From: Oscillospiraceae bacterium
Lineage (GTDB): Bacteria; Bacillota; Clostridia; Oscillospirales; Ruminococcaceae
Direction of reading: 5' to 3'
Length of the DNA: 35,358 nucleotides
NCBI GenBank assembly: GCA_019423445.1
Contig: JAHZBJ010000001.1
Coordinates: 1 to 35,358, forward strand
The notes under the pieces: model-generated
What the model was told of the DNA's origin: nothing
Databases searched by the model: none
What the model saw: only the letters and a program-made list of their open reading frames with translations
Shown here: piece after piece, positions 33,896 through 35,358 of the stretch
Layout: each line of letters begins with the position of its first letter
Position numbering within the stretch: the first letter of the stretch is position 1
Translations under genes and position numbers: made by a program

Positions 33896-35104
33896 TCAGT
33901 CGGTAACAAAGGCGTCATGAACGACGCGGAGGGCGCGCTCCCCGTCCTGGCGGTCGATAAGCACCGAGATCTTGATCTCGCTGGTGGCGATCATCTGGAT
34001 ATTGATGCTGGCGTCGGAGAGGGCCTCAAACATGGTGGCGGCGACGCCGGGATTGGACTCCATCCCCGCTCCCACCACCGACACCTTGGAGATATTGGTG
34101 TCGCAGACAATATCATGGGCGTTCAGGCGCGTCTTCAGCTCCTCCACCACCGCCATGGCTTCCTCGGTCTGGCTGTGGCTCACGGTAAAGGAGATATCCT
34201 TGGTGTTGTCCCGCCCCACCGACTGGAGGATGATATCCACGTTGACCTTTTTGGCCGCCAGGGCGGAAAAGATCCTGAAGGCGATACCGGGCACATCCTG
34301 GAGCCCGATGAGAGAGATGCGGGTGACGTGGTCGTCCTTGGCCACACCCTTGATGAGCATTTTTTCCACTTTGGCGACCTCCTTGATAACGGTTCCTGGT
34401 TTTTCTTCAAGACTGGAGAGAACCTCCAGGGGAACGTTGTACTTCTTTGCCATCTCCACGCTGCGGTTGTGAAGGACCTGGGCCCCCAGCGTGGCCAGCT
34501 CCAGCATCTCGTCGTAGGAGATCTCGCTAAGCTTCCTGGCACCAGGCACCAGCCGGGGATCGGCGGTGTAAACCCCGTCCACGTCGGTGTAGATCTGGCA
34601 GAGATCAGCCCGGCAGGCGGCGGCAATGGCCACAGCGCTGGTATCGGAGCCTCCCCGGCCCAGGGTGGTGATGTCGTCGTAGCGGTTCAGACCCTGAAAC
34701 CCCGCCACCACCACAATGTTTCCCTTGTCCAGCTCGTTGCGGAGACGCTCGGTCTCCACCCGGCGGATTCGGGAATTGCCGTGGGTGGAATCGGTGAGGA
34801 ATCCCGCCTGCCAGCCAGTGAGGGACTTCACCGGATACCCAAGCTTCTCGATGGCCATGGCCAGCAGGGCAATGGAGATCTGCTCCCCGGTGGAAAGAAG
34901 AACGTCCATCTCCCGCTTGCTGGCCTTGGGATTGATCTCCATGGCCTTTTCAATGAGTTCATCGGTGGTGTCCCCTTGGGCGGAGACAACCACCACCACG
35001 CTGTTGCCCTTGGCGTATGTATCGGTGACCCGGCGGGCTACATTCATCACCCGCTGAGCGTCCCGCACCGAGGACCCTCCGAATTTCTGCACAATAAGGC
35101 TCAT
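33896..35104 (-). CDS. lysC: Aspartate kinase
   Basis: VQKFGGSSV, VAGFQG, TTLGRGGSD and TDVDGVYTADPR; two ACT domains; TSEIKIS. Confidence 0.95.
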   Translation of the reverse strand: MSLIVQKFGGSSVRDAQRVMNVARRVTDTYAKGNSVVVVVSAQGDTTDELIEKAMEINPKASKREMDVLLSTGEQISIALLAMAIEKLGYPVKSLTGWQAGFLTDSTHGNSRIRRVETERLRNELDKGNIVVVAGFQGLNRYDDITTLGRGGSDTSAVAIAAACRADLCQIYTDVDGVYTADPRLVPGARKLSEISYDEMLELATLGAQVLHNRSVEMAKKYNVPLEVLSSLEEKPGTVIKEVAKVEKMLIKGVAKDDHVTRISLIGLQDVPGIAFRIFSALAAKKVNVDIILQSVGRDNTKDISFTVSHSQTEEAMAVVEELKTRLNAHDIVCDTNISKVSVVGAGMESNPGVAATMFEALSDASINIQMIATSEIKISVLIDRQDGERALRVVHDAFVTD

Positions 35105-35125
35105 CTTTCCTATCCCCCTAACCTG

Positions 35126-35358
35126 TCATTCCACAGTCGAAAGCCTGGCCCCCTGGTTATCCGGCTCCAGCAGCTCCAACCGCCAGGCGCCGAACCCCTG
35201 GCCGTCCATCCAGCACCGCAGGTGCTGGGCAAAGCCGGCGTTCTGGGTCCCCACAACAGCCATAAGGGTGGAGCCCGCCCCGCTGATATAGGCGCAGTAG
35301 GCGCCGAATTCCAGGGCACAGTCCATCACCTTCCCCGCCCCGGGGATCAGCCCCAGGC
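35126..35358 (-). CDS. thrB: Homoserine kinase, C-terminal part (gene starts beyond the window)
   Basis: LIPG...GAYCAYISGAGSTL GHMP C-terminal motif, D.QGA ending; directly upstream of aspartate kinase. Confidence 0.8.
   Translation of the reverse strand, partial: LGLIPGAGKVMDCALEFGAYCAYISGAGSTLMAVVGTQNAGFAQHLRCWMDGQGFGAWRLELLEPDNQGARLSTVE

Overview
Chromosomal window (roughly 60% GC by eye) from a Clostridia-type Firmicute, probably Oscillospiraceae/Ruminococcaceae-like (spoVG, glmS ribozyme, THF riboswitch-folT, smpB-ssrA). Housekeeping content: potABCD, a siroheme sulfite/nitrite reductase-like gene, cls, Mrp plus a C-GCAxxG-C-C gene, yitT, glmS, spoVG, 5-formyl-THF cyclo-ligase, smpB/tmRNA, folT, lysC and the 3' end of thrB. 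Main observations: (1) a glmS ribozyme with all core motifs present but a 93-nt, two-hairpin segment in a junction that is normally 2-4 nt; (2) a two-component system followed by a VTC polyphosphate-polymerase / DUF4956 / Cthe_2159-type lipoprotein / GT2-GtrA / phosphodiester glycosidase operon, with similar ~11-bp-spaced repeats in both promoters, converging on a second operon that repeats the GT2-GtrA + phosphodiester glycosidase pair; (3) an apparent deletion scar joining a truncated CarD gene to a truncated convergent gene; (4) an ApbE plus FMN-binding lipoprotein pair with a Rex-like operator; (5) a G8 tract in the spacer of the pot promoter. No integrase, transposase or CRISPR array was seen. 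Family calls come from motif recognition, not database searches.
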